Positions 12,901 to 25,479 of a DNA stretch of 64,000 nucleotides are shown one piece after another. Below the pieces are notes generated by a model. The model saw only the letters and a program-made list of their open reading frames with translations, made no database searches and was not told where the DNA came from. Made by a program: the position numbers and the translations under genes. This stretch comes from Mobula hypostoma (Eukaryota): contig NC_086115.1 of NCBI RefSeq assembly GCF_963921235.1, positions 39,432,001 to 39,496,000 on the forward strand, given 5' to 3'. The first letter of the stretch is position 1, and each line of letters begins with the position of its first letter.

Positions 12901-13864
12901 CATCATGCTTTAAAAATTGCAGACACACAACACAGAGGTACTTGTATGGCAATAGGCACTACCTGGTGAGTTACTAAATAGAATGCTCAAACACAGGGTG
13001 GTACAGATAGGAGTCACAACTGATTAGATCAATACAGCAGGTTAGGGTTGAAATTTTTATAGATTACCCTGTACGTGTGTGTCAGTCAGAGAGAGAAAGA
13101 TCAAAATACAAATTGTGGAGAAATTCGGTGGGCCAGGCAACATCTGTGAAGCCAAAGGGATGGTCTTTGATATTTCAACATCAATAGATTCTTATGGCTG
13201 CTGTAATTCAATTGTTTGGTGCATATATCAGCTGTGAGTTATCTGTGTCATTCATTTTTTAACTGGAAGTGTTTGAGAGTATTCTGGGGCAGGTGATCGA
13301 CTGACCATAGTCAAGGTCCTCTGGTTTAACACAGATGACAAAAGAGATTCTTGTTTACAATATTCTTCGCAGCACTCTCAAACTCAGGCTTTAGGTGGAG
13401 CTTAAACCTAACCCTAATTGGTTTCATGGGCAATGGGCAAAGTCGTTAGAACAATGTTTCTTTTGCCCAATGAACTGCATTAAATTCAGAGGCCTTTGAC
13501 AAATAAAGTTAATACAGTGGATTATCACAGTAAAAAGAGAGGGTTGTAACTGGTGCCAGGATATCAGTGCTTGATGTAGTACCCATGGTTACATACCAGT
13601 TGTACATGACTGTCAGTGATAAATGATGGTGAGCATGCAAAGCAGTAAGCCAGTAGTCAGCAGAGGGAGGCCTGGCATGTGGGTGAAATTCTTATTCACT
13701 CACCCTGAATGGAGGAAATGTGAATAGTTCTCTTGGTGTATAGATCCTTTGTGACCTCCCTGTTTCAATAGTGTTTTTTAAATTGTAAGACATTAATGTC
13801 ACCTGTTGCTAACTTAATGGAGCCCATATTAAGTCTGGTGATCCTCAGCTTGTCATTTCACATG

Positions 13865-14462
13865 ACAGTGGGCGCCTCTGTCGGAAGCCTCTGCACTCTC
13901 CCTCTCTCTCGAAGGTTACAGAGAGTTTGCTGGATTCAAGTAAGCAACACTGTAGACTGTTACATCGAATCAGCGAGCTGCTGGCCTCCCCTCTTGCTGN
14001 NNNNNNNNNNNNNNNNNNNNNNNNNNNNNNNNNNNNNNNNNNNNNNNNNNNNNNNNNNNNNNNNNNNNNNNNNNNNNNNNNNNNNNNNNNNNNNNNNNNN
14101 NNNNNNNNNNNNNNNNNNNNNNNNNNNNNNNNNNNNNNNNNNNNNNNNNNNNNNNNNNNNNNGAAAGAGAGAGCATGTTGAGTTGTCGAAGTGTAAGGAT
14201 GGACAATAGTTTCTGATGAATTTTAGATCATGGTCTCTGAGGGGTGCTTGCTTTTGCATTATGAGTGGCTGATGCTTTTGTGGAAGTAAGTGGGGGAGGG
14301 GAGGGGAGGGTGGATGCTTTTGCTGTTGCTTGTACGTGGGAAGGGAGGGGCTTCGAACATTTTTCTGTCATTCATTCTTTGGGTTTTTTTTTGCGATGTC
14401 TGCGAAGAGTAAGGATTTCCGGTTGTAAACTGTATACGTTCTCTGATATTAAATTGAACAAG
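13865..14462 (+). mobile_element. Probable non-coding retroelement spanning an assembly gap
   Basis: GC-richer than flanks; ends ctctgatattaaattgaac, like the Rex-type tails in this window; contains the N run. Confidence 0.5.
14000..14162. other. Assembly gap (163 N)
   Basis: Run of n in the sequence. Confidence 1.
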
Positions 14463-16504
14463 TGAATCATTAACTAATACAAGTGATTAGCTGATTTCAA
14501 ACAGTCATTGTAAACAACCACCATCTTAATAAAAGACAGGCCCACTCATCTTCATCCTGTTTTCCTCCTACCCCTACCACCCCCCCCCAAGCTCCATTGC
14601 TCTCTAACAATTCCATTTCCCTCCATCAGTGATGTTGTTAGTTTTCCAAAGTGAATGTTAACAATTAGAATGAGGAGAAATATTAATTGTATGCATTTCA
14701 ATTTGTGGTTTCCTAGTCCTAGAAATTAAAATATTTGCTTTGCAGTTATAGTGTATTAGCATAGACCTTTACTTTCAATAAAACATAAGTAAGGTAATTA
14801 GTTGACCTCAGATGTTAGCTTGTGTTTTTCTTAGTTAATGAAATATCATTACATGCAGAAAAAGACATTAAACTCCCTCACATGCTTCTCTTTCACCCTG
14901 TACCATCTAACCTTCTTTCACTCTCTTACATGACACAAATCTTCTTTTCTTTAATTGCCTAACATTTAGAGAGCACTAAATAAAGGTGACGCAACCACAG
15001 TAAATCAGGATACTTTTTTTTCCTTTCTTGTCTTCTCTGTCACACAGACTCGCAAAGCTTTTATTTCCGCTTAAACAAGATATTTAATAGCTCAGCTCGG
15101 GCATGAAATTTGACCCTTTGCTTTTCACATCATAATTCTGAAAGGGAAAGTTTCCTTGATAAAGCTAACAGAAATGCAACTTTCCAGAAATGTTTAGGTA
15201 TGCTGCAAACCTGTATATGGAAAATCTCAAATTCAGCTCACGGCCCTGAGTAAAACATTATCTTTGCAATTCTGTCAAGCTCATTCCAGTCACCTGCCTA
15301 ATTGGCCAAACCCTTACAGAAAAGCCACAAGGTAAGTTGAGTGTTTCTTCCTTTTCCTGTAGACTATTTTGGAATTCACTCCATTTTCTTTTGACAACCC
15401 TTCAAAAATTAAGCATCATTATTTACATTTCCCAGATTTTTGGAGAAGGTGAGGCTTTTAAATAAGAAAGAAACTGTAATATCTGTACCTTTGATGAATG
15501 TAATCACGCTATTGTGAATTGATGATTGTTTTGATTTTGAGTAAATCTTAGTCCTGTATTGTAGAAGTTTCAGGCACCAAGGAGGATTAAATCACCATTT
15601 GGATGTACTCTGAGATACTAAGAAGCCAATAGACAGAGCCTAAGGCCAGGGCCCTGAATGTGCAATCAGTTTGTTGAATTCACAGTGGTGCTTCTTAACA
15701 AGTTAATAATTTATAAAGCTGACACAAAAATGTGACAACCGAAAGGAAAATACAATGCATTACATTTTGATTTTTACAATTGTAAGCAACAATGCATCAG
15801 AGGAAGGCGTGTCCATGGGCTCCATTTGCCTAATAAAATTTCTGCTCATTACTTGGCTTTCTGCTATGCCTCTCCTACGGTGCTGTTTATTTTGATTTGA
15901 TTTTGTCCTATCTATTAGTTCTATGCCAGCATTTCTCAGGCTTAACTTTCCTCGGTGTTAGCTCATTACTATTTTTAGTTTTGTTTTTCTTCTCCTGAGG
16001 CTTGTTAACTGAAATTTCTGGTAGTGAAAATAACGTATTACAAATTCACTCATGACCGCAGAAATTATTCTTCGTATGAATAAGAGAAAAGAGACCTTTC
16101 CATTTTATGTAAGATAATGGTCAATGCACGATTGATAATAAGTTCATTTCCTTATGTAAAGGTGTCTGCTATAGCAGATGGAAGCTCTTCCATTCATGTG
16201 TTATCTAACTAATCCATCTGCCATTGCACAAACTTTTAATTAGTGTGAATTATATTACAAGTACTGCGCTCTGAAAGTTTATGTACCATGTACTGCAGTG
16301 TGATGTATATGGCCGTCGATGACATGAAACACACAGAAGTATTTGAGGAAGCTAAAGCATAAGCAATTAACAAACTAGATTAATGAACTACCTCACAAAT
16401 ATGGAACTGAAAAATTAAGCAATACCGGTGGTTCTTTGGCTGAGCGTAAAACATTTAATACAACACTATAGATACATGAAATCATGTCTGTGGAGCACAG
16501 ATCA

Positions 16505-16770
16505 GCAGAAATTTACATTCCAATCATTTTCCCCCTCCTCTTCTCTCTTTTCCATTCCCCACTCTGGCTCCCCTCTTACCTCTTCTCTTCTCCTTACCTA
16601 TCTATCACATCCCCCTGGTGCCCCTCCTCCTTCCCTTTCTCCTATGGACCACTCTCCTCTCCTATCAGATTCCTCCTTCTTTAGTCCTTTATCTATCACA
16701 TTATCACCTCTCAGCTTCTCACATCATCCACCCTTGCCCACCTACCTGGGTCTCCTATCACCAATATTCC
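16505..16770 (+). mobile_element. PLE pyrimidine-rich 3' region fragment
   Basis: Matches the post-ORF regions at 47920-48150 and 55480-55700 (ccccactctggc, ctcctatcagattcc). Confidence 0.7.
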
Positions 16771-16779
16771 CTCTTAGGT

Positions 16780-17395
16780 CTGTGCGTGCATACATCTTCT
16801 GCTGCAAGAGCAGAGAGGAATTTGAACTCTGCACAAGAGGTTGTCACCCTCCACCTCATTGGTATGTTAAGTATGTTTCACGATCGTACACAATCTTATT
16901 TTCTTTTCCAGCTTCTGATGACGATGGTGTTGGTAACATGGACTTTGTGATGATTTGTTTGCAGATTTTAGTACTGGCTTATGTATACTGTTTTTATTGA
17001 AGAAATTTTTGATTTCACTATGTCGAATTTCAAAGAAGCAAAGGGCATGAAGTGCAAAAGAACTGCTAGTTCATTTAAAGTGGAATGGCCTAATGAAAGA
17101 ATGAAATTGCAACACCTAAAGCTCATGAGTTCAGGAAGTACAGCTACACGATATATTCATGTACAGTACGGAAACTGGTGTCACCTGCGTGTATTGTCAA
17201 GATGCAAAAGTTGCTGGAGACTTATTGATGAGTAGTATTTTATTTCTTTTAAACAATGGACAACAAGCAGGACCTGGTACTTTATTATCCCTAGAATAAT
17301 TTCACGTTTACTTCCACTTAAAAATTCGTACGCACATGTTGTTGTCACTGGGCAAAATACTGCACAGCACAACATTTTTGGGCACACTGGTCACT
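16780..17395 (+). mobile_element. Probable hAT-family DNA transposon remnant
   Basis: Decayed reading MSNFKEAKGMKCKRTASSFKVEW...IFMYSTETGVTCVYCQDAKVAGD resembles an N-terminal zinc finger of hAT transposases; right end ...tttttgggcacactg is TIR-like. Confidence 0.5.
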
Positions 17396-17419
17396 ACAAA
17401 ATATTGGAAACATTGCCTA

Positions 17420-17610
17420 TCACCTTCTAGCTTGTACTCCTTCCACTCCTTTCCCCCCCATCCCCCACCCAACCTTCTTAATCTGGCTTTTTCATCCTTT
17501 GAATTCAGTCTTGATGAAGGGTCTCAGCCTAAAACGTCGACTGTTTATTCCTTTCCATAGATGCTACCTGACCTGCTGAGTTCCTCCAGCATTTTGATTG
17601 TGTTACAATA
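17420..17610 (+). mobile_element. PLE terminal fragment with mutated hammerhead motif
   Basis: cagtc-TTGATGA-agggtctcagcct-AAAA-cg-TC-gactg followed by agatgctacctgacctgctgagttcctccagc. Confidence 0.85.
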
Positions 17611-18001
17611 TAAATTTACCCTGATTTTCCATGAGGTTAGAAGATATGCAGGGCTTCATAAACCATTTGATTATGGGTAATTAAATTTGTATCTTCCTAT
17701 TGTTGCACATTTACTTCCCACTGGATGTGGTAATATAATTTTAACATTACAAGACTAGCATCCAGAGGTCTGGACAATTCATCTGTGGACATGAGTTTGA
17801 ATCCTTTTAAAGCAACTGGGAATATATGTCAAGTAATGACATAAATCTGGAGTAAAATGTTGCAATCAGCGACAAATGAAGAAAAGTCAATAATATTGGT
17901 GATATTGTAGGGTTTGGCAGCGGATGCTGTGCAATTTGGAGAAAAACTTGGTTTAGCTTGTGTTCCATCCTGTGCAGATTGCGTATAATTTTCTAAAGAA
18001 A

Positions 18002-19103
18002 CTAGACAAGGTGGTGACCCGTTGGGGCACCCTTTTAGAGAAGGGTAGTAGTGCAGTCTGATGTGACCAGAATGAACATTAAATTTTCCTGAATGCTATT
18101 GGTATCGCTTTGCTTTGGAAATTGAAGTAGAAAACCTCAGTTTATTAAAGAGGAGCGACGCATAGCAAAGCAAATATAGCTGCTCCTCATTTAACGAAGG
18201 GCACTTTTTATGGCATCATTTCTGGTTTATCTGCCACCCTTGTGCCTCTCATTGTCACTCTGGAGACGTGCAGCGCTTTCATCCCCCGTCTCTTCATCTC
18301 TTCTGCTGTTTGTTGTTTGTCTCTGATCCTGGAGATGTGCATACCTCTCCTCCTCTGTCTCTTCTTCTCTCACCTTTTTTTGTCCTGACTTTTTTGATCC
18401 TGGAGTCGTGCGGCCCTGACCTCATCCGATTCTTGTTCTCTCCCTCTCCTTGCTGCTTCCCAACGACGTTTTGCGTCATCTCTTGACCATAATGTCCCCC
18501 TGCCCTTTCCACGCGGCATAATTAGGCTGACCATTTTTTTTACCCTAATGCTGGATAGAAGATATGAAGCACTAACACCAAAGGATGCTGGTAATTTTTA
18601 ATGATGTGGTTGGCGCTCTCCTAAATGGACATGATATGGTCACCGCTATCCTTTGACTGCAGCAAAGGGTTTTATGGGTGTCTCGAAGTACGTCATTACA
18701 ATAAGATTTAATTATCTCTTATTGATGGGTGGCAGTTAGATCTGTCCCAATCCTGCTCATGCTGATGGTGATTAGCAGAATGTGACCCCTCGAAATAGAG
18801 CTGCCCTGCCCTTTTGCTCCCGTAGGTGTCGTTGCTGAGGCTGGCCGTGTACATGCATCGAGCTGTCACATCCAGATTTCCATGATGGTCGATCGGGTCA
18901 CGGATGAAAGCCAGCCTTTTGATTTCTGGCGAATGAGCAATTTTATATGAATACATAACCCTGAACTTTGCTTGCATTCTGTAAATTAGCGCATTTTAAT
19001 CCGATTTAGCCAAAAAAATTGCTGCTGTCATGCACCGTTTGCGCTAATTGGAGGTCACAAACAGATAAACAGACAGAGCATGAGAGTTTTAGTAGTATAT
19101 AGA
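18002..19103 (-). mobile_element. Complete non-autonomous Helitron (1102 bp)
   Basis: Minus strand a|TCTATATACTACTAAAACTC at the 5' end; GC hairpin GGTGCCCC-AAC-GGGTCACC (18013-18031), 7 nt, then CTAG|t at the 3' end; AT target, no TSD; internal frameshifted RepHel-like N-terminus MPRGKGRG. Confidence 0.92.
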
Positions 19104-19713
19104 TAATTATAACGTAAGACCATAAGATCATAAGATAGAGGAGCAGAATTAGGCCATTTGGCCCAGTGAGTCTGCTTCGACATTTAATCTTTTCTGATCC
19201 AATTTTCCTCTCAGCCCCCATATCCTGCCTTCTTCCCATATCCCGCCATATCCTGACCAATCAGGAATGTATCAACCTCTGCCTTAAATATACATAAAGA
19301 CTTGGCCTTCACAGATGCCTGTGGCAAAGAATTCCACAAATTCACCACATTCTGGCTAAAAAAAAGCTTCCTCATCTCCATTCTAAAAGGAAGCCCCTCT
19401 ATTCTGAGCTGTATCCTCTGGTCTTAGACTCTCCCACCATAGGAAACATCATCTCTATATCCACTCTATCAACGCCTTTCACCATTCAATAGGTTTCAAT
19501 TAGGTCACCCCTCATTCTCTGAATTCCAGTGAATACAGGGCCAGAGCCATCAGAAGCTCTTCATATGACAAGCCATTCAATACTGTAATCATTTTTTGTG
19601 AATCTCCTTTGAACCCTCTCCAGTTTCAGCACATCCTTTCTAAGATAAGGGCCCCAAACTGCTCACTATACTCCAAGTGAGGCCTCACCAGTGCTTTATA
19701 AAGTCTCAACATT

Positions 19714-19948
19714 CTATCACAAACAAGAGAAAATCTGCAGATGCTGGAAATCTGAGAAACACATACAAAATGCTGGAAGAACTCAGCAGGCCAGGCAGCA
19801 TCTATAGAAAAAAGTACAGTCGACATTCCAGGCCAAAATCCTTCAGTAGGACACTTCAGTCCTGCTGAAAGGTCCGAAACGTTGACTGTACTCTTTTCCA
19901 TAGATGCTGCCTGGCCTGCTGAGTTCCTCCAGCACTTTGTGTGTGTTG
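19714..19948. mobile_element. Palindromic PLE insertion inside the CR1
   Basis: 9-bp TSD ctcaacatt (19705-19713 and 19949-19957); arms 19758-19852 and 19859-19947 are inverted around a 6-nt spacer. Confidence 0.9.
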
Positions 19949-22900
19949 CTCAACATTACGTTCTTGCTTTTATATTCTAGTCCTCTTAAAATGAATGCTA
20001 ACATGCATTTCCTTCCTCACTACAGACTCAACCTGCAAATTAACCTTTAGAGAATCCTGCAAAAGGACTCCCAAGTCCCTTCACACCTCAGTTTTTTAAA
20101 TTTTTTCTCCATCTAGAAAATAGTTAACCCTTTCATTTCTTTTACCAAAGTGCATGACCATACCTTTCCCGACACTGTATTCCCTCTGCCATTTCTTTGC
20201 CCATTCTCCTAATCTGTCTAAGTCCTATAACCTTTCTACTTCTTCAAACTACTTGTCCCTACACCTATCCTCATGTTGTCTGCAAACTTTGCAACAAAGC
20301 CATTCATTCCATTATTCAAATCATTTTTCATATAACATAGAAAGAATTGGTCCCAACACAGACCCCTGTTGAACACTACTAATCACTGGCAGCCAGCTAG
20401 AAAAAGCTCTCTTTATCCCTACTTCTTGTCTCCTGCCAATCATTCACTGTTTTATGCATGCTAGAATCTTTCTTGTAATACCATGGGCTCATAGCTTGTT
20501 AAGCAGCCTCATGTGTGGCACCTTGTTAAAAGGCCTTTTGAAAGTCCAAGTACACAACATCAACCAATTCTTCATTGTCTATCCTGCTTGTTATTTCTTC
20601 AAACAATTCCAACAGATTTGTTAGGCAAGATTATCCCTTGAGGAAACCGTGCTGACCATGGCCTATTTTATCATGTGCCTCCAAGTACTCTGAGACCTCA
20701 TCCTTAATGATCGACTCCAACAATTTCCCAACTACTGAGGTCGGACTAACTGGCCTATAGGTTCCTTTCTTCTGTCTTTCTCCCTCCTTGGAGTGACATA
20801 TGCAACATTCCAGTCTTCCGGAACCATTCTAGAATCTAGTGATTCTTGAAGGATCATAACTAATCTCTCCATGATCTCTTCAGCCACCGCTTTCAGAACC
20901 CTGGGGTGTACACCATCTGGTCCGGGTGACTTATTTACCTTCAGATCTTTCAGCTTCCCAAGAATCTTCTCTCTACTAATGGTAACTTCACACACTTCAT
21001 GACCCCTGACAGCTGGAACTTCCACCATATTGTGTGTGTCTTCCACAGTGAAGACTGATGCAAAATATTTATTCAGTTCATCTGACATTTCGTTGTCCCC
21101 CATAACTATCTCTGCAGCATCATTTTCCAGGGCTCCAAGATGTACTCTGAACCTCTCTCTTATGTATCTGAAGAAAATTTTGGTATCCCCTTTAATATTA
21201 TTGGCTAACATTCTTTCATATTCCATCTTTACTTTCTTAATGACTTTTTGGTTGCCTTCTGTTGGTTTCTAATAGCATCTCAATCCTCTAACTTCCCACT
21301 AATTTTGCTTTATTTCTGCCTTCTCTTTGGTTTTTATGCTGGCTTTGACTTTCCTTGTTGGCCATGGTTGTGTTATCTTTCTTTTAGAAACTTCTTCCTC
21401 TTTGGGATGTATATATCCTGTGCCTTCCAAATTGCTTCCAGAAATTCCAGCCATCGCTGATTTGCCATTATCCCTGCCAGTGTTCTTTTCCAATCAATTC
21501 TGGCCAACTCCTCTCTCATGCCTCTGTAATTCCCTTTACTCCATTGTAATACTTATAAAAATGACTTTAGCTTCCCTTCTAAGATTTCAGGGTGAATTCA
21601 ATCATATTATGACCACTCTCCCTTAAGAGTTCTTCTGCTTAAACTTTCTAATCAATTCTGGTTCATTGCACAACACCCAATCCAGAATAGCTGATCCTCT
21701 AGTGGACTCAATGAGAGCAGCCTTAAAAAGCCATCTCGTAGGTACTCTAGAAATTCCCCCTCCTGTAATCCAGCACCAACCTCATTTTTCCAGTCTACTT
21801 GCATATTGAAGTCCCCCATGACTATTATAATATTACGCCTTTGGCATGCATTTTTTATTTCCCATTGTAATTTGTAGGCCATTTTCTTACTACTATTTGG
21901 GGGTTTGTATACAACTCCCATCAGGGTCTTTTTACCCTGGCAATTCCTTACCTCTATCCACAATGATTCAATACCTTACAAATCTAAGTTACATCTTTCT
22001 AATGATTTGATTTCATTTGTACTCTCTGCTTTCCTGCCTATCCAGTTGATACTATATGTATCCTTGGACATTAAGCTTCCAACTGTAATCTTCTTTCAGC
22101 CATGAATCAGTGATGCCTATAACATCATACCTGCCAGTCTGCAGCTGTGCTGCAAGTTCACCTACCTTATTCCGTATACTATGCACCTTCAAATACAACA
22201 CCTTCAGTCCTGTATCCATCCTTTTTGATTTCGTCTGCCTTTTCCGTTGCAAGTCATCCTGCTAACTGCAATTTTGCCCTATCAACAGGCTCTCCTCATT
22301 ACACATTGCCTCTGTTCGTAAACCAGCTGCCTCATCTTCAGCACTATCATCCACCTTTCCAATGATACTTCTTGCATTGAAATATATGCAGCTCAGGACA
22401 TTAGTCGCACCATGCTCAACCTTTTGATTCCTCACTTTCTGTGAGGTCTTACCAACATCTGTCTCCACAATCTGTCCACTAACTATCTGGCACTCTGGTT
22501 CCCATCTCCCTGCACTTCTAATTTAAACTCCACCGTGCAGCATTAACAAACTTTTCTTCTGGGATATTAGTCCCCCTCCAGTTCAGATGCAAACCATTCC
22601 CTCTGTACAGTTCCCACCTTCCCTGGAAGAAAGCCCAATGATCCAAAAGTTTTATGCCCTTCCTCCTACACCAACTCCTTAGCCAAATTTTAAAATGTAT
22701 AGTCTTCTTAGTGCTAGCCTCACTAGCATGTGGCATGGGAAACAATCCGGAGATCACAACCCTGGTTGTCCTGCCCTTTAACTTAGCACTAAACTCCCTG
22801 AACTCCCTATGCAGAACCTCATCACTGGTCCTACCCATGTCATTGGTACCGACGTGGACCATGACATCTGGCCGTTCACCCTTCTGCTTAAGAATGCTGA

Positions 22901-23670
22901 GGACTCGGTCTGAGATATTGCGGACCTTGGCGCCCTGGAGGCAACAGACCATCCAGGAATCTTGGTCTCGCCCACAGGACCTCCTGTCCATTCTCCTAAC
23001 TAACAATTCCCCCTAGCACCACAGTGCCTCTTCTCTCCCCTTCCCTTTTGAATCACAGAGGCAGACTCATTGCCAGAGACTCGCCCACTGTGACTTCCCT
23101 CTGTTAGGAACCCCAACCCCCTCCCCCACCCCCTGACAGTATCCAAAGTGATATACCTGTTGTTAAGGGGAATGGCCACAGGGGTACTCTACATTCCTTA
23201 ACCCCCTTTCCCCTTCCTGACTGTCACCCAGTTTCCTGTGTCCTGCACCTTGGGTGTAACTATCTCTCTGTATATCCTATCTATCGCCCCTTCAACTTCC
23301 TGAATGATCTGGAGTTCATCCAGTTCCAGCTCCAACTGCTTAATGCAGTTTGTTAGAAGCTGCAGTTGGATGCACTTCTCGCAGTTGTAGTTGTCAGGGA
23401 CACTGGAGGTCTCCCTGCCTTCCTACATCCTGCAAGAGGCTCATTTCACTATCTTGCTTTTCATCCCTACTGTCCTAGCTGAGCAGATATAAAGAGAACA
23501 AAAAAAAGAGCTTTCCTTTCCTTTGGTATCTCTGAGTAAAACCACTCTTCTCTGAAGCCTTGAAGAGCTAAAGCCTTAAGATCACCACTCTGACTATGTC
23601 CACTCACACAATGGCCACTATGCTTTCCCTGCCTTCCTTTAATTTGCTCTTACTCATCAATTCCAAATGT

Positions 23671-23915
23671 AGATTGGCTGCTGGTCGAATCTCTATTATG
23701 CTGGCACAACCCGCTCCTGCCTTTTATCCTTAGGCAGTGGACCTGATTGAAGTCCCCTTCTCTCCAAACTTCTGATGTCCAGATTGGCTGCTGGTTGAAG
23801 CTTTATTACGCTGTCGCAACACGCTCCTGCCTTTTATCATTAGGCAGTGCACCTGATTGAAATCCTCTCCTTTCCAAATTTCCGATGTCATATTTGGGTG
23901 CTGGTCAAAGCTCTA
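23671..23915 (-). promoter_or_regulatory. 110-bp tandem monomers in the CR1 5'UTR (putative internal promoter)
   Basis: Units start at 23671, 23781 and 23891 (partial); the two full units carry attgg (CCAAT on the minus strand) and ccttttatc. Confidence 0.6.
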
Positions 23916-25479
23916 TCGGTTTCTAAATATTAACTTAGGGGTTTTGAAAGCACAAATTACTTTGTGTGTGAAAGGAGTAAATACACTGGTAAAGCCACCT
24001 CATGCCATAATGTAATAACCAACATGCTGAGAATATGCCCTTTCCATCCATTTGGAACTGCATTCTTCTGGGTATATGAGCACTTTTGCACACTTGTAAT
24101 GTAGTGTATAATAACTTGAAATAAAACAGAATGCGTTGGAGATACTCAACAGGCCAGGGAACATCTGAGGAGAGAAAACGGAGTTTATTCTGGAGTTCAG
24201 AGTCATTGTATTAGGTTATTGTAATACATGAGAAAGTATATTAAAACATAACAAAATAAACATTAATAAACTGACCTAAAGCATGTTTACCTGACATAAA
24301 TTAGTTAAAATATTATTTTAAATTAAGAATGTAACAAGCCACTTAGCTACAATTTTTGTGATTACCGGTACCATTCAAATGAATGGGCATTCAAGGTACG
24401 CAGCCATGTCTAATGTTAAGTTGAAAGACTGTGAATGTAACACCTCAGTTTTGGAGCTCCCTTGGATTCAGTGATAGGTCCAGGGTGTTGGCTGGCAGTT
24501 TGCATCAGAACCACTGCTTAAAAATTGGTGAAATATAGACCATTATTGATGGTGATCACCTGTTCCTGCTAGGATAAATTTAATGTGATTTGTATAGAGT
24601 CAACACATGTCTGCACTTAACATCAACATTTCAGTCCTATTATGATGAGAAAAGTAGTACAGGATCTAAATATTAGCCCATTCTATCCCATTATGTGGGG
24701 CAAACAGAAAACTTCTAGAATACGTGAAAGGTTTTATATTTCTAGTTTTACAAATAAGTTTGTGTGGAAAATTGAACCGTAACCTGATTTTGGAAAGCTG
24801 GCTCATTATTAAATATAGTTCGAACTTAGATGATTCTTTATGCCCTCTTCACCAGAGCATTTAATAATACAACTTATGACCATGCTGCAGGCTCAGATTT
24901 CCTTCTAAAAATTATCAAACATTTATTTTCCTTATTTCTGCCCACTTTGTTTGGATAGGAATTCAGAACACAATGATGATACCCATATGATTATACTGTA
25001 TATAATATTGGTTGTGATCAATGACTTTCATGTCAAAGTTATCACCTCTTTAAGAATTATGGATCATGTCAAGTGACTAATTCCTTTCTGGACTGCAGAA
25101 CTGTTCGGAGACAATAATTATCTTTTTTCTCAATATGCATTCTTTTCTGGCAAGCTACAGCAGAAAGGAGTTCAGAAACTCTAAGAATGGCTGAATGTTT
25201 CATGTACAAAAGTGTATACATTCTGTAAAGGACGGTGTTAGAGATCAAAAACCCAATGTGCACACATATTTTACACTGATGAGGAGGATCACAAAGAATC
25301 TAAGCCATTAAAAATCACTGAGGACTTCAAGTACTGTAACTGTATTACAGCTGTGATATGGTGAATTTGTGAAGTTCATGATTAATCAAGACAACGAGTC
25401 TGAGGTAGAGTCTGCAGCCAAGTTAAAAACAAATCCAATGCATGAAAAACTGAGTATGGATAAAACATTTAGCTTTGAA

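Larger units (their letters stand above)
19113..23915 (-). mobile_element. Near full-length decayed CR1 LINE (5'UTR monomers, ORF1 zinc finger plus esterase, ORF2 EN-RT)
   Basis: ORF1 NYNCEKCIQLQ and VMVHVGTNDMG (SGNH-like); ORF2 GRYDVIGITDSWL, VMGDFN, KSPGPDGVHPRVLK; 3' tail cataagatcataagat on the plus strand. Confidence 0.95.

Noticed and set aside
14000-14162. The gap could hide the missing upstream POLM exon
   Set aside because: Both flanks appear to belong to one repeat and show no splice context, so it is unlikely, though it cannot be excluded.
18708-18977. 89-aa minus-strand ORF with a good acceptor that looked like a terminal host exon
   Set aside because: It lies inside the Helitron's non-coding interior and has no recognisable homology.
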